Origin: Cyanobacteriota bacterium
GTDB taxonomy: Bacteria; Cyanobacteriota; Cyanobacteriia; Thermostichales; Thermostichaceae
Assembly (NCBI GenBank): GCA_033764955.1
Contig: JANRIL010000010.1
Location: 1 to 64,000, forward strand
Reading direction: 5' to 3'
Length of the DNA stretch: 64,000 nucleotides
Below are positions 1 through 10,562 of this stretch, piece after piece. Position numbers and translations under genes: made by a program. The notes beneath the pieces were generated by a model. It was given only the letters and a program-made list of their open reading frames with translations, made no database searches and was not told where the DNA came from. The first letter of the stretch is position 1. Each line of letters starts with the position of its first letter.

Positions 1-330
1 CCTCTTCGTTATTCTTGACGAGGCTTGACTGTCTTTCTTTTTGGTTGCTGCTGTCTATTCGGTTCTCTAGGTTCAGTCGCGGTGATGGTCTTCCCTCTCG
101 ACCGCTTTACTAGGTTACTGCTACCCCCCCATCTGTGTCAATATGCCCTTTGCCAAATTTTTCTCTGCTCTCACCTCTCATTGGAGAAAAGGCTTCCGTA
201 CCCAAAGGGTATGGGCAATGAAGCTATCTGGCTCAGCTTTTTGAGGGATCCGCAGGATCAATATGGGCAACGAGAGGAATAATAAGAGTAGGGTTGTAAC
301 AACATAAATAGCCTGCATGAGGAGTTGAAT

Positions 331-576
331 ATGGCCAGGAAGCCAGATGAATACCTTGTTCACATCATGCTTGATGGCGGGCATCATCTCCAGGTGAGAG
401 TGAGCGGGGCAAAGGAATATAGCACCTTGATTAATGAAATTATGATGGGAGGACAGGATTTTATCAACCTGCCTAAGCAAATGGATAACGAATCCATGTT
501 GATTCGTCCCAACCGTGTCTGTGGGGTTTCGGTTGAGGCTGTTTTTGCTTCTAGTGTTGGGATTGAAATGCCCTAA
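331..576 (+). CDS. Conserved cyanobacterial hypothetical protein
   Basis: ORF with ATG at 331 after GAGGAG; resembles a small cyanobacterial family (VHIMLDGGH...RPNRV). Confidence 0.6.
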   Translation: MARKPDEYLVHIMLDGGHHLQVRVSGAKEYSTLINEIMMGGQDFINLPKQMDNESMLIRPNRVCGVSVEAVFASSVGIEMP

Positions 577-640
577 TTTGTTCTCATTTAGTCAGTGCTT
601 TTAAGAATGGTTAGAGGATTAGACATTCTATTCAAAAGCG

Positions 641-683
641 AACAGGGATCCCTCTCTAGGCTAGCTTTCACGGAATCCCTGTT
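641..683. terminator. Inverted repeat between convergent genes, possible bidirectional terminator built on a GGGATCCC site
   Basis: AACAGGGATCCC (641-652) ... GGAATCCCTGTT (672-683), between stops at 576 (+) and 701 (-). Confidence 0.45.
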
Positions 684-700
684 GCGCTAAAGGGGGTGGT

Positions 701-1774
701 CTATCGAGCAATTTTTTTGGCAATCGCCTCTGCCATTTCCTGAGTTCCTACAGCCGAATGCTGTTTAGCTAAGTCGTAGGTTACTGTTTCTCCTTCAGCA
801 ACTACTTGTCGAACAGCCTCCTCAACCTGCCGTGCCGCTGTTTGTTCTCCGAGATATTGCAACATCAGCACCCCTGACAAAATCAGAGCAATCGGGTTGA
901 CCTTGTTTTGGCCAGCGTATTTAGGGGCGGAGCCATGAATAGCCTCAAAGACAGCCATGCCATCCCCAATATTCGCACCGGGAGCTACCCCCAGCCCCCC
1001 AATCATGCCCGCACACAAATCCGAAATGATGTCGCCGTAGAGATTCGTTAAGACGAGAACATCATAAAGCTCTGGCTTTTGCATGAGCTGCATACACATG
1101 TTGTCCACAATCCGATCTTCAAACTCGATATCAGGATAGGATTGGGCTACGTCACGGGCTACTTCTAAAAATAATCCATCCGTAAATTTCATAATGTTGG
1201 CTTTATGGACAGCGGTTACCTTTTTCCGTCCATTGCTGCGGGCATAGTCAAAAGCAAATTTGACAATACGGCGGCTGCCAAATTCAGAAATGGGCTTGAT
1301 GCCCAAAGCGGATCCCTGGCGGATTGGCTTGCCGGAAAGTTGAGTGAGTATATCCCGCAGATGATCAGACTCTTGACTGTCTCGTTCAAACTCAATGCCA
1401 GCGTAGAGATCTTCTGTATTTTCTCTAACCACAATAAGGTCAACATCTTGAAAAGCACTCTTGACTCCCTGCATCGACTTAGCAGGGCGGAGGTTAGCAT
1501 AGAGGTCAAGCTCTTTGCGAATGGCCACATTAACGGATCGAAACCCAGTCCCAACCGGAGTTCCAATCGGACCTTTGATCGCTATTTTGGTATCTCTGAC
1601 GGAGGCCAATACCGATTCGGGCAATGGAGTGCCATACTTCTCAATGACATCAACGCCTGCTTCCACAACAATCCATTCAATAGGGACTCCTGAAGCGTCA
1701 ATTACCGTTCGCATGGCTTGAGCGACTTCGGGGCCAATGCCATCACCAGGAATCAAAGTTACTCGGTAGGTCAC
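701..1774 (-). CDS. icd: Isocitrate dehydrogenase (isocitrate/isopropylmalate dehydrogenase family)
   Basis: [18 protein letters not shown] isocitrate-binding motif, [29 protein letters not shown]. Confidence 0.85.
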   Translation of the reverse strand: MTYRVTLIPGDGIGPEVAQAMRTVIDASGVPIEWIVVEAGVDVIEKYGTPLPESVLASVRDTKIAIKGPIGTPVGTGFRSVNVAIRKELDLYANLRPAKSMQGVKSAFQDVDLIVVRENTEDLYAGIEFERDSQESDHLRDILTQLSGKPIRQGSALGIKPISEFGSRRIVKFAFDYARSNGRKKVTAVHKANIMKFTDGLFLEVARDVAQSYPDIEFEDRIVDNMCMQLMQKPELYDVLVLTNLYGDIISDLCAGMIGGLGVAPGANIGDGMAVFEAIHGSAPKYAGQNKVNPIALILSGVLMLQYLGEQTAARQVEEAVRQVVAEGETVTYDLAKQHSAVGTQEMAEAIAKKIAR

Positions 1775-2042
1775 GTTTTATCTCCACCAATCACGATCTA
1801 GAGCAATTGTCAAAAAAGGAAAACTGAGATGACTATAGACTAATCAACTGGTGAATAGTGAGTTGGATGCCCATTGAATTGTAAGCAAATTCTATAAAAT
1901 CAAAGTTTTTGGGTTCGTCAGCTATCCTAGGTTTCGGCTCCTATCTGGCAAAGGCTCACCATCTTTAGGTAAAACATAAGGAAGAGTCAGGGTAGCCTTA
2001 TCAGGTTTTGCTGGCTGAGCCGTTCGTGGAGGAAACATTAGC

Positions 2043-2387
2043 GTGGCCGATCAACAAGCAGACTTTATTGCGGGACTGGTGACCGGAGCTGTTGTGGGAG
2101 GCATTGTGGGAGGGGTGATTGGGGTAATCCTCGCTCCCAAGTTCCTCAAGCGTCTCTCCGCTACCTCAAATCCAGTTTCTCCCCATTCTCCAGGTTCTCA
2201 GTCTCTCTCTCCCTCTTCAGGGATCCATTCACAGACATGGCAGGACTTACAGGAGGATGCGGATCTGGCTTTGGTCAAAGCCCGCGAGACCTTGGAAACC
2301 AAAATTGCGGAATTAAATGAGGCCATCCGCGATACACGGGCACAACTGCTGATCGAAGAGGCGGCGGCGAATCGAGAGCGAGTTTAA
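2043..2387 (+). CDS. Conserved hypothetical membrane-anchored coiled-coil protein
   Basis: Gly-rich N-terminal TM helix, C-terminal coiled coil (LETKIAELNEAI), GAGGA SD; typical neighbour of yggT. Confidence 0.7.
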   Translation: MADQQADFIAGLVTGAVVGGIVGGVIGVILAPKFLKRLSATSNPVSPHSPGSQSLSPSSGIHSQTWQDLQEDADLALVKARETLETKIAELNEAIRDTRAQLLIEEAAANRERV

Positions 2388-2542
2388 GGGATCCCAGCTT
2401 CCCTGAAAACATGCCAAACTGTATGGGATCCTGAGTGAAGAGTCAGAACACTAGGCTCCCCAAAGCATCCTAAGGGATTTGTTGATTTGGATGTTCTGAC
2501 CATCTCTATCCACTGCTACCTTCTCAAATTAGGCATCGAACT

Positions 2543-2875
2543 ATGACCTTGCTCTTGCAACCTTTGCTGGCTTCTGGGTTGGATCCTTCCTTTTCCCTGG
2601 CTGTCCTGATAGGCGCTTATGGCTCGGTGATTGCTACCGCCCTGCTGCAATTTATTCAGATTTATTTGGGTTTGTTAACGATTCGAGTTTTGTTGACATG
2701 GTTTCCCACTATCAATTGGTCGAATCCTGTTTTTTCCTTGCTCAGCCAGATGACGGATCCCTATCTCAACCTGTTTAGAGGGATCCTGCCGGCCATGGGA
2801 GGGCTAGATTTCTCCCCGTGGTTAGCGTTTTTGGTGTTGATTTTTGCCCAGCAGGCAATTATTCAGTTTGCCTGA
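2543..2875 (+). CDS. YggT/Ycf19 family membrane protein
   Basis: IRVLLTWFPTINW, TDPYLNLFR, GGLDFSP motifs. Confidence 0.9.
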   Translation: MTLLLQPLLASGLDPSFSLAVLIGAYGSVIATALLQFIQIYLGLLTIRVLLTWFPTINWSNPVFSLLSQMTDPYLNLFRGILPAMGGLDFSPWLAFLVLIFAQQAIIQFA

Positions 2876-2902
2876 GTGAGAATCTATGGGGAATCCCAAA
2901 AC

Positions 2903-3352
2903 CTATCGGCGGATCGTTCCACCAAAGCCTGCGGCCTTAAACTGCTCTAAGGAAAGGGGGAGGCGGCTGGTTTGGGGAACGGAGATGCGAATGGAAAAGG
3001 GGTTTTCTCCAGGGGGAACCTCTTCTATAGCACCTAGGCGGGTACGCTCAGGCAGGAGGTCGTTGCCATTCGCGTCATAAATTCGCCCAAACACATCCGC
3101 ATTGAGGAGAGTGCGTCCTGATTTATTGATAACCGTGCCCTGAATGAAGTAGCAATCGGCTGGGTTAGTGGCCGCTCCACTGGTCAGGAGGTGGCTATAT
3201 TCTTCGGTATCGGGGCAGGGAACGGTTTGTAGATCCTTGAGTTGCAAGGGGATCCGACCACCAAAGCCATTGAGGGCGAGGACGAGGGTGAGGGAAACGA
3301 CCCAGAAGAGACCTCGTGAGCCGATAGAGGACAGCGATTGTAGCCAGTTCAT
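2903..3352 (-). CDS. Conserved cyanobacterial exported hypothetical protein
   Basis: N-terminal hydrophobic segment; GTVINKS...ADVFGRIYDANG. Confidence 0.7.
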   Translation of the reverse strand: MNWLQSLSSIGSRGLFWVVSLTLVLALNGFGGRIPLQLKDLQTVPCPDTEEYSHLLTSGAATNPADCYFIQGTVINKSGRTLLNADVFGRIYDANGNDLLPERTRLGAIEEVPPGENPFSIRISVPQTSRLPLSLEQFKAAGFGGTIRR

Positions 3353-3387
3353 AAGCGATCAACCTAAGTAGGGTAGAGGGTGTCTAT

Positions 3388-3987
3388 TTAGTTTATCGAG
3401 GATTGACCCTGCGGTAGCGGGATCCCGATCCCCCCTTCCGTGATCATCTGATCGAGGGGGTGATCCCAAGGATCCCGTGGCAGTGGCTGGAGACTGAAAC
3501 AAGCCTGGGGCAGGATCCCGCAGGTCAGTAGAGGGTGACGGGACAAAAAGCGATCATAATATCCCCCCCCATAGCCCAACCGCTGTCCCCAGGGATCGGC
3601 GGCCAGGGTTGGCACTAACACGAGGTCAGCCATAGAGGGATCCACCTGGGGAGTGGTGGGTAGAGGTTGCCAAATTCCATAGCGATTTTGTTCCATCTGC
3701 TCAGGATGCCAGCCGTGCCAAGCCAGTTCCCTACCGGGTAAGCAACGGGGGATCCCCCAGATTTTGTCGGGCATCTGCCAAAATAAGCTGCTCAGATTAA
3801 TTTCATCGGGCAGGGCAAGATAGGCCAAAACAACCTCAGCCTGTAGCAGTGGAGGATAGCTACGCAAGTGGTGAACAATTTTTTCACTCAGATCCGCCAG
3901 AGGCAGATGGTGGCGAAGCTGACGAAAATAGCTTCGCAGTTGGGCTTTATCGGCTGGCGGCTGAGCAGGGGGTAGCAGTGTGGTCAA
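3388..3987 (-). CDS. 5-formyltetrahydrofolate cyclo-ligase
   Basis: KAQLRS N-terminus, DLVLVP, RLGYGGGYYDRFL, PWDHPLD. Confidence 0.92.
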   Translation of the reverse strand: MTTLLPPAQPPADKAQLRSYFRQLRHHLPLADLSEKIVHHLRSYPPLLQAEVVLAYLALPDEINLSSLFWQMPDKIWGIPRCLPGRELAWHGWHPEQMEQNRYGIWQPLPTTPQVDPSMADLVLVPTLAADPWGQRLGYGGGYYDRFLSRHPLLTCGILPQACFSLQPLPRDPWDHPLDQMITEGGIGIPLPQGQSSIN

Positions 3988-3991
3988 CAGG

Positions 3992-4477
3992 TTAGCGGAT
4001 CCCTAGCAACTCCACTTCAAAATCTAGCGTGGCATTAGGAGGAATCACCCCACCCGCCCCACGGCTGCCGTAGGCCAGATCTGCCGGAATAATCAATCGC
4101 CGTTTGCCCCCCACTTTCATGGTGGCAACCCCCTCATCCCAACCTTTAATCACTTGTCCAACGCCAATGTTAAAGGAGAAAGGTTGGTTGCGCTTGTAGG
4201 AGCTATCAAACACCGTTCCATCCTCGAGCTTTCCGGTGTATTGAACCGAAACCGTTTGCCCCTTGCTGGGAGAGGGGCCATCTCCTACAACCAGATCCAC
4301 ATATTTTAGCCCCGACTCGGTAGTCACTATTGTTTCGGCTGGCACCGCTTGCCCCACTTGAATGGTTTGATTATCACTAGCTCGTGAAGCCGCCCAGCTC
4401 ATCTGAGTGGTCATCAACAGGAGCCAACAAACTGTCAACACAAGTCCTAAAAATTTACGCATAGGAAGTAACCCCAT
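3992..4477 (-). CDS. FKBP-type peptidyl-prolyl cis-trans isomerase, exported
   Basis: [45 protein letters not shown]; signal peptide. Confidence 0.95.
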   Translation of the reverse strand: MGLLPMRKFLGLVLTVCWLLLMTTQMSWAASRASDNQTIQVGQAVPAETIVTTESGLKYVDLVVGDGPSPSKGQTVSVQYTGKLEDGTVFDSSYKRNQPFSFNIGVGQVIKGWDEGVATMKVGGKRRLIIPADLAYGSRGAGGVIPPNATLDFEVELLGIR

Positions 4478-4561
4478 AGATCCCCTGCCATGAATGTAGC
4501 CGAAAGCGCCATCACTTCACCAACAAAGTCGAGCTGAAGTGTATTCTCTGCTAGCTCCAGT

Positions 4562-5746
4562 TTAGGAATACTGAGTGATGGGGGGAAGTTCCTGATTCAA
4601 AACCCAGTTGCCAATATCTCGGTACTTATAATCAATGGGATCATGAATCGTAAAGGTTCGCAGATCTCGCCAGTAGCGATCGAAGCCATAATGACGAGCC
4701 GTGGCTCGGCTACCGGTCAGTTCAAAAATGCGGTTAACGATGTCCAACCCTATACGAGTAGCTACAGATTTAGCAGCAAAAACGGCAACAGCAACCTCTC
4801 CCCGTTCGGCAAAGGTCAGATCGGTTTCTTTATCCCAGGCAGACTGGGCGGCGATAGTGGTGCGATCTGCTAAGGCTATGGCAGACTGAAGTCCTGCCCA
4901 GAGTTCCCCATAATGCTTCTGAATAAAGGGATCTTGAGTGGCAGAGGCTACGCCTGATGTTATCCAAGGCTTAGTTTGGGTGCGGGTATAGTGGAGGGCT
5001 GCTCGCAAAGCTCCTTCGGCAATCCCTAAATAAACATAAGTCTTAGTCAGTTGGGCAATAATGCCCAAAAAGGTGGCAAAAGCATGGGTAGGGGGCTGCG
5101 GATAACCCAAAATTTCCTCCGGGTTGACCAGCACTTGTTGAAATTGAACACTATTACTGGCTGTGCGGCGTTGTCCGATATTGTCCCAATCCTCCTCAAA
5201 ATGGATCCCTTCTCGATTTTTGGGTAACACTACCAGCCAGGGAGCTTCTACACCGGGTTGGATCGCTGAGAAAACCCGCTGATCCGCAACCGGAACCCCC
5301 GTCCCAAACCCTTTTATCCCATTCAGACGAAAAGAGTTGCCATCAGGAGTGAGGAACAGGCGAGCGTCTCGCATATTGATGGAGTTTCCCCAAAACCACT
5401 GGTGAGTAACAGTTCCTTGATAGTAATAATCTCTTTGATTTGAGGTTCCACTCACATGAGCCAGAGTGGTTAGCCCCAGATGGTTGCTGTAAAGTTGTCC
5501 AATAGAACCATCCGCAGTCGAGAGTTCCTGAATAACTCGCATGGCGGTCAAGAGAGATTCTCCTGCCCCCCCGTAGCCTTGCGGAATGTTCAGGGACAAC
5601 AAGCCAGATTGGCGGAGTAGCCCAACCTCATGCCAAGGCAAGCCTGCCTGCCAATCCCGTTCTACGGCATCATTGACCAGATCTTGCGCAACCTGAGCCG
5701 CAATTTTTTTATAGTCGGGTTTGCTAAGAGTTTCTAAAAGGGTCAT
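4562..5746 (-). CDS. Acyl-CoA dehydrogenase-family flavin monooxygenase (DszC/SfnB-like sulfur-acquisition oxidoreductase)
   Basis: IPQGYGGAG, LNGIKGFGTG, DWDNIGQRRTAS, FDRYWRDLRTFTIHDP; last gene of ssu operon. Confidence 0.85.
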   Translation of the reverse strand: MTLLETLSKPDYKKIAAQVAQDLVNDAVERDWQAGLPWHEVGLLRQSGLLSLNIPQGYGGAGESLLTAMRVIQELSTADGSIGQLYSNHLGLTTLAHVSGTSNQRDYYYQGTVTHQWFWGNSINMRDARLFLTPDGNSFRLNGIKGFGTGVPVADQRVFSAIQPGVEAPWLVVLPKNREGIHFEEDWDNIGQRRTASNSVQFQQVLVNPEEILGYPQPPTHAFATFLGIIAQLTKTYVYLGIAEGALRAALHYTRTQTKPWITSGVASATQDPFIQKHYGELWAGLQSAIALADRTTIAAQSAWDKETDLTFAERGEVAVAVFAAKSVATRIGLDIVNRIFELTGSRATARHYGFDRYWRDLRTFTIHDPIDYKYRDIGNWVLNQELPPITQYS

Positions 5747-5882
5747 GATAATTTCTCCTAGAAAACAATGGGATAGGGAGTAGGGGAAAAGTGAAAGCCG
5801 ACAGGGGAGGATCTGAGACCCTAAGTAGGGATCCCCATCGGTGGATGAATCGCGTGAGGAAAATTATGATTACCCAGTTTTG

Positions 5883-6641
5883 TCAAACTGGCATCAGGTG
5901 GAAGTTGGAAGTCGGTAGGGAAAGATCGAGTTGGTCAAGCAAATGCTCTTTCCACGCTTGCAAGATGGGATCCGTTCGCCGCCGAGGGTAGGGCAAATCT
6001 AAGATAAATTCTTGATGAATCCGACCAGGGTGGGGATGCATAATCACAATCCGATCACTCATGATCAAGGCTTCCTCTATATCATGGGTGACGAGGATCA
6101 GGGTAGGACGGTCATACTGCCAGATTTGCAGGAGGTGCTCCTGTAGCTTCATACGGGTCAAGGCATCCAAAGCACTGAAGGGTTCGTCCAGCAGAAGGAT
6201 TTCTGGCTTGGTGACAAGGGCACGGGCAATGGCTACCCGTTGAGCCATTCCTCCCGATAGTTGATGGGGTAGATGCTGGGCAAACGGCAATAAACCCACT
6301 TTGATCAAGGTAGTCTGGGTGATTTGGTTGCGTTGGGATCCGGATAGGTGGTGGATCCCGAACTGAACGTTATCCCAGACGGTTAGCCAAGGCATGAGAC
6401 GGGGATCCTGAAAAATGAGTCCCACGTTGGGATGGGGAGACACAATAGGCTGATCGTTAAAGAGTACCTCTCCGTTAGAGGGAGATTCCAGTCCTGCCAT
6501 GATGCGGAGTAGAGTACTCTTACCACAACCACTGGATCCCACCAAACTAATTCTTTCTCCCGGCTGAATGGTAAGGTCGATGTCAGTTAAAGCGGTAAAT
6601 CCGTTGGCAAATTGTTTGCTGACCTGAGTTAGGTTGAGCAT
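5883..6641 (-). CDS. ssuB: Aliphatic sulfonate ABC transporter ATP-binding protein
   Basis: GSSGCGKST, FQDPRLMPW, LSGGMAQR, LLLDEPF; start placed at ATG 6641 directly after permease stop. Confidence 0.85.
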   Translation of the reverse strand: MLNLTQVSKQFANGFTALTDIDLTIQPGERISLVGSSGCGKSTLLRIMAGLESPSNGEVLFNDQPIVSPHPNVGLIFQDPRLMPWLTVWDNVQFGIHHLSGSQRNQITQTTLIKVGLLPFAQHLPHQLSGGMAQRVAIARALVTKPEILLLDEPFSALDALTRMKLQEHLLQIWQYDRPTLILVTHDIEEALIMSDRIVIMHPHPGRIHQEFILDLPYPRRRTDPILQAWKEHLLDQLDLSLPTSNFHLMPV

Positions 6642-6642
6642 A

Positions 6643-7479
6643 TTAACCTCGTGCCACATAGGCATCTTGCCAGTACAGTAGGCGGTGGGATCCCGCCGCA
6701 ATTAGGGCGTCAGTGGCTTTCCCGAAAATGGCAAAGAGCAAAATACTGGCAATCGTCAGATCTGCCCGTCCGGTCGTTTGCCCATCAACCAAGAGATACC
6801 CCAATCCTTGACTTGCCCCCATCAGCTCAGCGGCCACCACAAACATCCACCCCAACCCCAATCCTCCTCGTAACCCAACCATGTAGGCGGGTAAGGTAGC
6901 AGGGAAAAACACCCGTATCATCAACTGGTAAGGCTTGAGGCGGTAAATGCGTCCTACCTCGACTAGTTTGCGATCGACAGTTTGAATGCCACTAACCAGG
7001 TTGAGATAGACCGGAAAGAACACCCCAACAGCAATCAGCACAACCTTAGAGGTTTCGTAGATCCCCATCCACAAGATAAAGAGGGGAACCCATGCTAGGG
7101 AAGGAATGCTACGTAAAGCTTGCAGCAAAGGATCCAGCAGTTGAAACAACCATCGGGAGTAGCCTGTCAGTACCCCTAATCCGGTGGCAGCAGCGGATCC
7201 CAAAACAAACCCAATAGCAACCCGTTGCAGGGTAATGCCGATATGTCCCCAGATTTCTCCAGTTTGGGTCAAACCCTGCAGAGTGGACAAAACAGCGGAG
7301 GGGGTAGGCAGCAGGTTGCGTGGGAAAAACCCCACTTGCCCTAGAGTCTGCCAAATAACCAGTAACACAATCGGTACAATCCACCCACGCCACCACGTTC
7401 GCTGCCAAATAGTTACCCGTGCAGAAGAAAGAAGGGGAGAGTCTGCTTCTACGGGGAGATCATGGATCCCTGGAGACAT
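6643..7479 (-). CDS. ssuC: Aliphatic sulfonate ABC transporter permease
   Basis: LRSIPSLAWVPLFILWMGI, WMFVVAAELMGASQGLG. Confidence 0.85.
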   Translation of the reverse strand: MSPGIHDLPVEADSPLLSSARVTIWQRTWWRGWIVPIVLLVIWQTLGQVGFFPRNLLPTPSAVLSTLQGLTQTGEIWGHIGITLQRVAIGFVLGSAAATGLGVLTGYSRWLFQLLDPLLQALRSIPSLAWVPLFILWMGIYETSKVVLIAVGVFFPVYLNLVSGIQTVDRKLVEVGRIYRLKPYQLMIRVFFPATLPAYMVGLRGGLGLGWMFVVAAELMGASQGLGYLLVDGQTTGRADLTIASILLFAIFGKATDALIAAGSHRLLYWQDAYVARG

Positions 7480-7483
7480 AGCC

Positions 7484-8485
7484 TTACGCCTTCGCTATTT
7501 GTTTAACGTATTGGTCATCAATCAGAGCATTAATGGTCTGCGGCACATCTATGGAGGCGTTGACGACTCCTGATTTTTTCAGAACATCAGCAGCAGCACT
7601 GATCACACTCTTTTGAGCCTCCCCAATCAGTGAGCTAGAGAGATTGGTGCGTTCTAGTTGCTTAGCGGCTACGGCATCGGTCAGCTTGGCATTCTGGGCT
7701 AAAATTGCTTGCAACTCTGCCGGATTGGTGAGCGCCCATTGACGCCCTTTTTCATAAACCTGCAAGACCCGATTTACATAGTCAGGATGCTCTTGGGCAA
7801 AAGCTTCCCGCACGTTCAAAACCCCATAACTGTTAAAGCTAGGATTGCGATAAAAAAGCCGGGATCCCCGTTCTAGTTCGGTTTGAGCCATCATCGGATC
7901 CAGCCCTGCCCAGGCATCCACATCACCTTTTTCGAGAGCAGCTTTACCATCGGCGTGCTGTAGCAAGACCAATTCCAGATCTTTATCCGACAGGCCAACT
8001 TGATCAAGAGCACGCACTAAGAAAATGAACGGATCGGTTCCTTTGGTTACAGCAATCTTTTTCCCCTTCAGCTCTTCAATTTTCTGAATGGGGGAGTTTT
8101 TGTCCACAACCAAGGCAGTCCATTCCGGTTGGGAATAGACATAGATGGACTTGATGGGATTGCCGTTGGCTCTCGCAATGAATGCCGCTGCTCCGGCGGT
8201 GGAGCCAAAATCGATACTACGAGCGTTGAGGAACTCAAGCGCCTTATTGCTACCCGCACTCTGCACCCATTCCACCTGGATCCCCTCGCTAGCTAGATCC
8301 GCCTCCAGCCAACCCTTTTCTTTGAGCACCAGACTGACGGGGTTGTAGTAGGCAAAATCCAGTCGAATGGAGGTGGGTTTCTTGGTTTGGGCCTGTAGCT
8401 TTCCGGCAGCGGACAAGGCAAGAGATCCCGCCACACCATAACCAGCCCACTTCAAAAGTATGCGACGGCCTATTGTATACGTCAT
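7484..8485 (-). CDS. ssuA: Aliphatic sulfonate ABC transporter substrate-binding protein
   Basis: RLDFAYYNP, SAGSNKALEFL, VDAWAGLDP; twin-arginine-like signal (GRRILLK). Confidence 0.85.
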   Translation of the reverse strand: MTYTIGRRILLKWAGYGVAGSLALSAAGKLQAQTKKPTSIRLDFAYYNPVSLVLKEKGWLEADLASEGIQVEWVQSAGSNKALEFLNARSIDFGSTAGAAAFIARANGNPIKSIYVYSQPEWTALVVDKNSPIQKIEELKGKKIAVTKGTDPFIFLVRALDQVGLSDKDLELVLLQHADGKAALEKGDVDAWAGLDPMMAQTELERGSRLFYRNPSFNSYGVLNVREAFAQEHPDYVNRVLQVYEKGRQWALTNPAELQAILAQNAKLTDAVAAKQLERTNLSSSLIGEAQKSVISAAADVLKKSGVVNASIDVPQTINALIDDQYVKQIAKA

Positions 8486-8634
8486 AGCTCCTCTGAGCAG
8501 TAATAAGCAGTGGTTGAAGAATTCTTAAGCTAGGCATCCAACCGTTTAGGCAAGGGATGCACAGGGGTAAATAGGAGAGAGCAGGATGGCATCTTCCGAA
8601 CGTGAGATCCAACAACCTAGTCCCTTGAGCGACT

Positions 8635-8673
8635 AATCTCCGATAACTCTATCGGTTTAGTGGTATTCTACGA
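8635..8673 (-). promoter_or_regulatory. Putative sulfur-regulon operator immediately downstream of a TAGAAT -10 element of ssuA
   Basis: AATCTCCGATAACTCTATCGGTTTAGTGGTATT, 24/33 identical to 12609-12641. Confidence 0.55.
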
Positions 8674-8720
8674 AGAATTTACCACAAATGCATTTGCATC
8701 GCAAGAGATTTAGGATTCAA

Positions 8721-9311
8721 CTAGCTTCGGCATGTAAACGAATGAACTAGCCTTGGAGAGAGAGCAATTCGTTTGCGAGCACTACGGCGAATTTGACCTT
8801 CCTGCTCTAACCTCTGCAACAGGCGGGTGATGGTGACTCGGGTGGATCCCAATGTCTCTGCCAACTCTTGGTGAGTAAAGGGGATCCCGATCCAGATTTC
8901 GGATCCAACCCGGTGACCAAATCGTTCTGCTAACCATGCCAGCAGGTGCAGGAGAGCCTGGAGGATCTTGCGCTCGTGCAGAATCTCCAGCATTTTTTGT
9001 GAGCTATCGATATGCCGCATTAAAGCGGCTGTGACATCTTGGTGGTTGACCAATTTGGCTTGCACTTCCGTTAGGCACTTCATTTCATAGATCCCTGATT
9101 GACTCAGACTGCTCCCCACCACATCAGAAGATCCCCAAAATCCCAAGGGAATTGGGATCCCATCCCGATTGATCGAGAGAGTGCGAACCACCCCCGCCTC
9201 GATCTGCCAGAGTCGATCTGATAACGGGGGCAAATAACTACCTTTGCCAAAAGTTTTTAAGCTGGGAGCTTCAGTCCCTAAAACAGGGGTGGGAAAGGCC
9301 AAAATGCTCAT
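8721..9311 (-). CDS. Crp/Fnr family transcriptional regulator (CysR-like)
   Basis: LWQIEAGVVRT, FTHQELAETLGSTRVTITRLL HTH; located inside sulfur cluster. Confidence 0.85.
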   Translation of the reverse strand: MSILAFPTPVLGTEAPSLKTFGKGSYLPPLSDRLWQIEAGVVRTLSINRDGIPIPLGFWGSSDVVGSSLSQSGIYEMKCLTEVQAKLVNHQDVTAALMRHIDSSQKMLEILHERKILQALLHLLAWLAERFGHRVGSEIWIGIPFTHQELAETLGSTRVTITRLLQRLEQEGQIRRSARKRIALSPRLVHSFTCRS

Positions 9312-9351
9312 GGTGGATTAGTAACAACGATCCAGTAGGACGGGGAATGGC

Positions 9352-10500
9352 TCAAGCTTTGAGAAGCCAATCGGAGATATTAAAGTCTGATTTCGCTAAT
9401 TGTTGACTTACCAAAAACGCTTTGGCTCCCTCTAGCAAGCTCAAACCTTCTGGGGAAAAAGCTTCAACAGGAAATTCGTCAACCGGATAGGAGTCCCTAA
9501 TTACCTCAACGGGAAACCCAACCGCTTTGGCATGAAACTGATAGTAAGCCTCAGGGGTTGCCTTGAGATCTTTAACCGACTCTTCAATGGCCTGATTCCA
9601 TAACTGAGGAAAATCAGGATGATCTTTCAAAAAAGCAACCGTTGCCACAGTAATACTGGTGCCACGCAGGGGAGGATGATCGGCAGCTTGATCAATCACC
9701 GGAAACCCTTGAGAAATCAGGAGGGGACCAAACCCAACCGGGGCAGCATAGGCAGCAATATCCCCCCGTTCCAGTGCAGGTTGAGCATCTTTGCTGAGGA
9801 GAGGAACAATCGTTACCTTCTTGAGCAGATCAGATTCACTCAACAGGCCAATCAAATATCGGTGCATGTAGGATCCCAGTTGAGTGGCAACCGTTTGTCC
9901 AGCCAATTGATCAAGGGTAGTGGGATCCCCCTTTTGTCCGACCAGCCAGACATTCATACCCACATGAGTTTGACGAATAGCCCGCGTATCGATACCGGCT
10001 GCCTTGGCAACAATCGCGGGAGTATCCCCGTAGGTTCCAATATCTAGTGCCCCTGCTGAAAGCGCTTCATTTAAGTTAGGGCCATTAGGAAAAGGGAAAA
10101 CCTCTACCTCTGAAAATCCTGTCTCTTGCAGCATAGAGGTGAGGATCCCTTTCTGCAATGCCCATCCATCCGGTCCAACGGGAGTTTTACCGGCGGCACT
10201 AATAAACCCGTAGCGCAGAACGGTATTGGACTGAGCCGTGGCTACTTTGTTTAAAGAACCAAAGTCAGGCAGCCCAGATAAGAAGGCAATTAAGCCGTAC
10301 ATGGCCAAAACAACAAGTGATTGAGCCAGTGATTTGTGTAGAAAAGGTAAGCGGGATGAACGTAGTTTTGGCTTGTGGGAAGAATCGGCAAAGATCCTCT
10401 CCAAGATGATTTTTGGCATACGCAATAAACCTCCTAGTTCAATCTCAGGTAGTGTCGGGTAGGTAAGTTTTTGAGAATTTGCAATTGGGGTTCGAAACAA
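9352..10500 (-). CDS. Second sulfonate-type (SsuA/TauA-like) ABC substrate-binding protein; true start probably later
   Basis: FPNGPNLNEAL, DIGTYGDTP, GSYMHRYL. Confidence 0.8.
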   Translation of the reverse strand: MFRTPIANSQKLTYPTLPEIELGGLLRMPKIILERIFADSSHKPKLRSSRLPFLHKSLAQSLVVLAMYGLIAFLSGLPDFGSLNKVATAQSNTVLRYGFISAAGKTPVGPDGWALQKGILTSMLQETGFSEVEVFPFPNGPNLNEALSAGALDIGTYGDTPAIVAKAAGIDTRAIRQTHVGMNVWLVGQKGDPTTLDQLAGQTVATQLGSYMHRYLIGLLSESDLLKKVTIVPLLSKDAQPALERGDIAAYAAPVGFGPLLISQGFPVIDQAADHPPLRGTSITVATVAFLKDHPDFPQLWNQAIEESVKDLKATPEAYYQFHAKAVGFPVEVIRDSYPVDEFPVEAFSPEGLSLLEGAKAFLVSQQLAKSDFNISDWLLKA

Positions 10501-10562
10501 AAGCGATCAGGCTGGGCAAACCGCCAGCCCTAAGCAATAGGGAGAGGTAAGCCTATCCGTAG

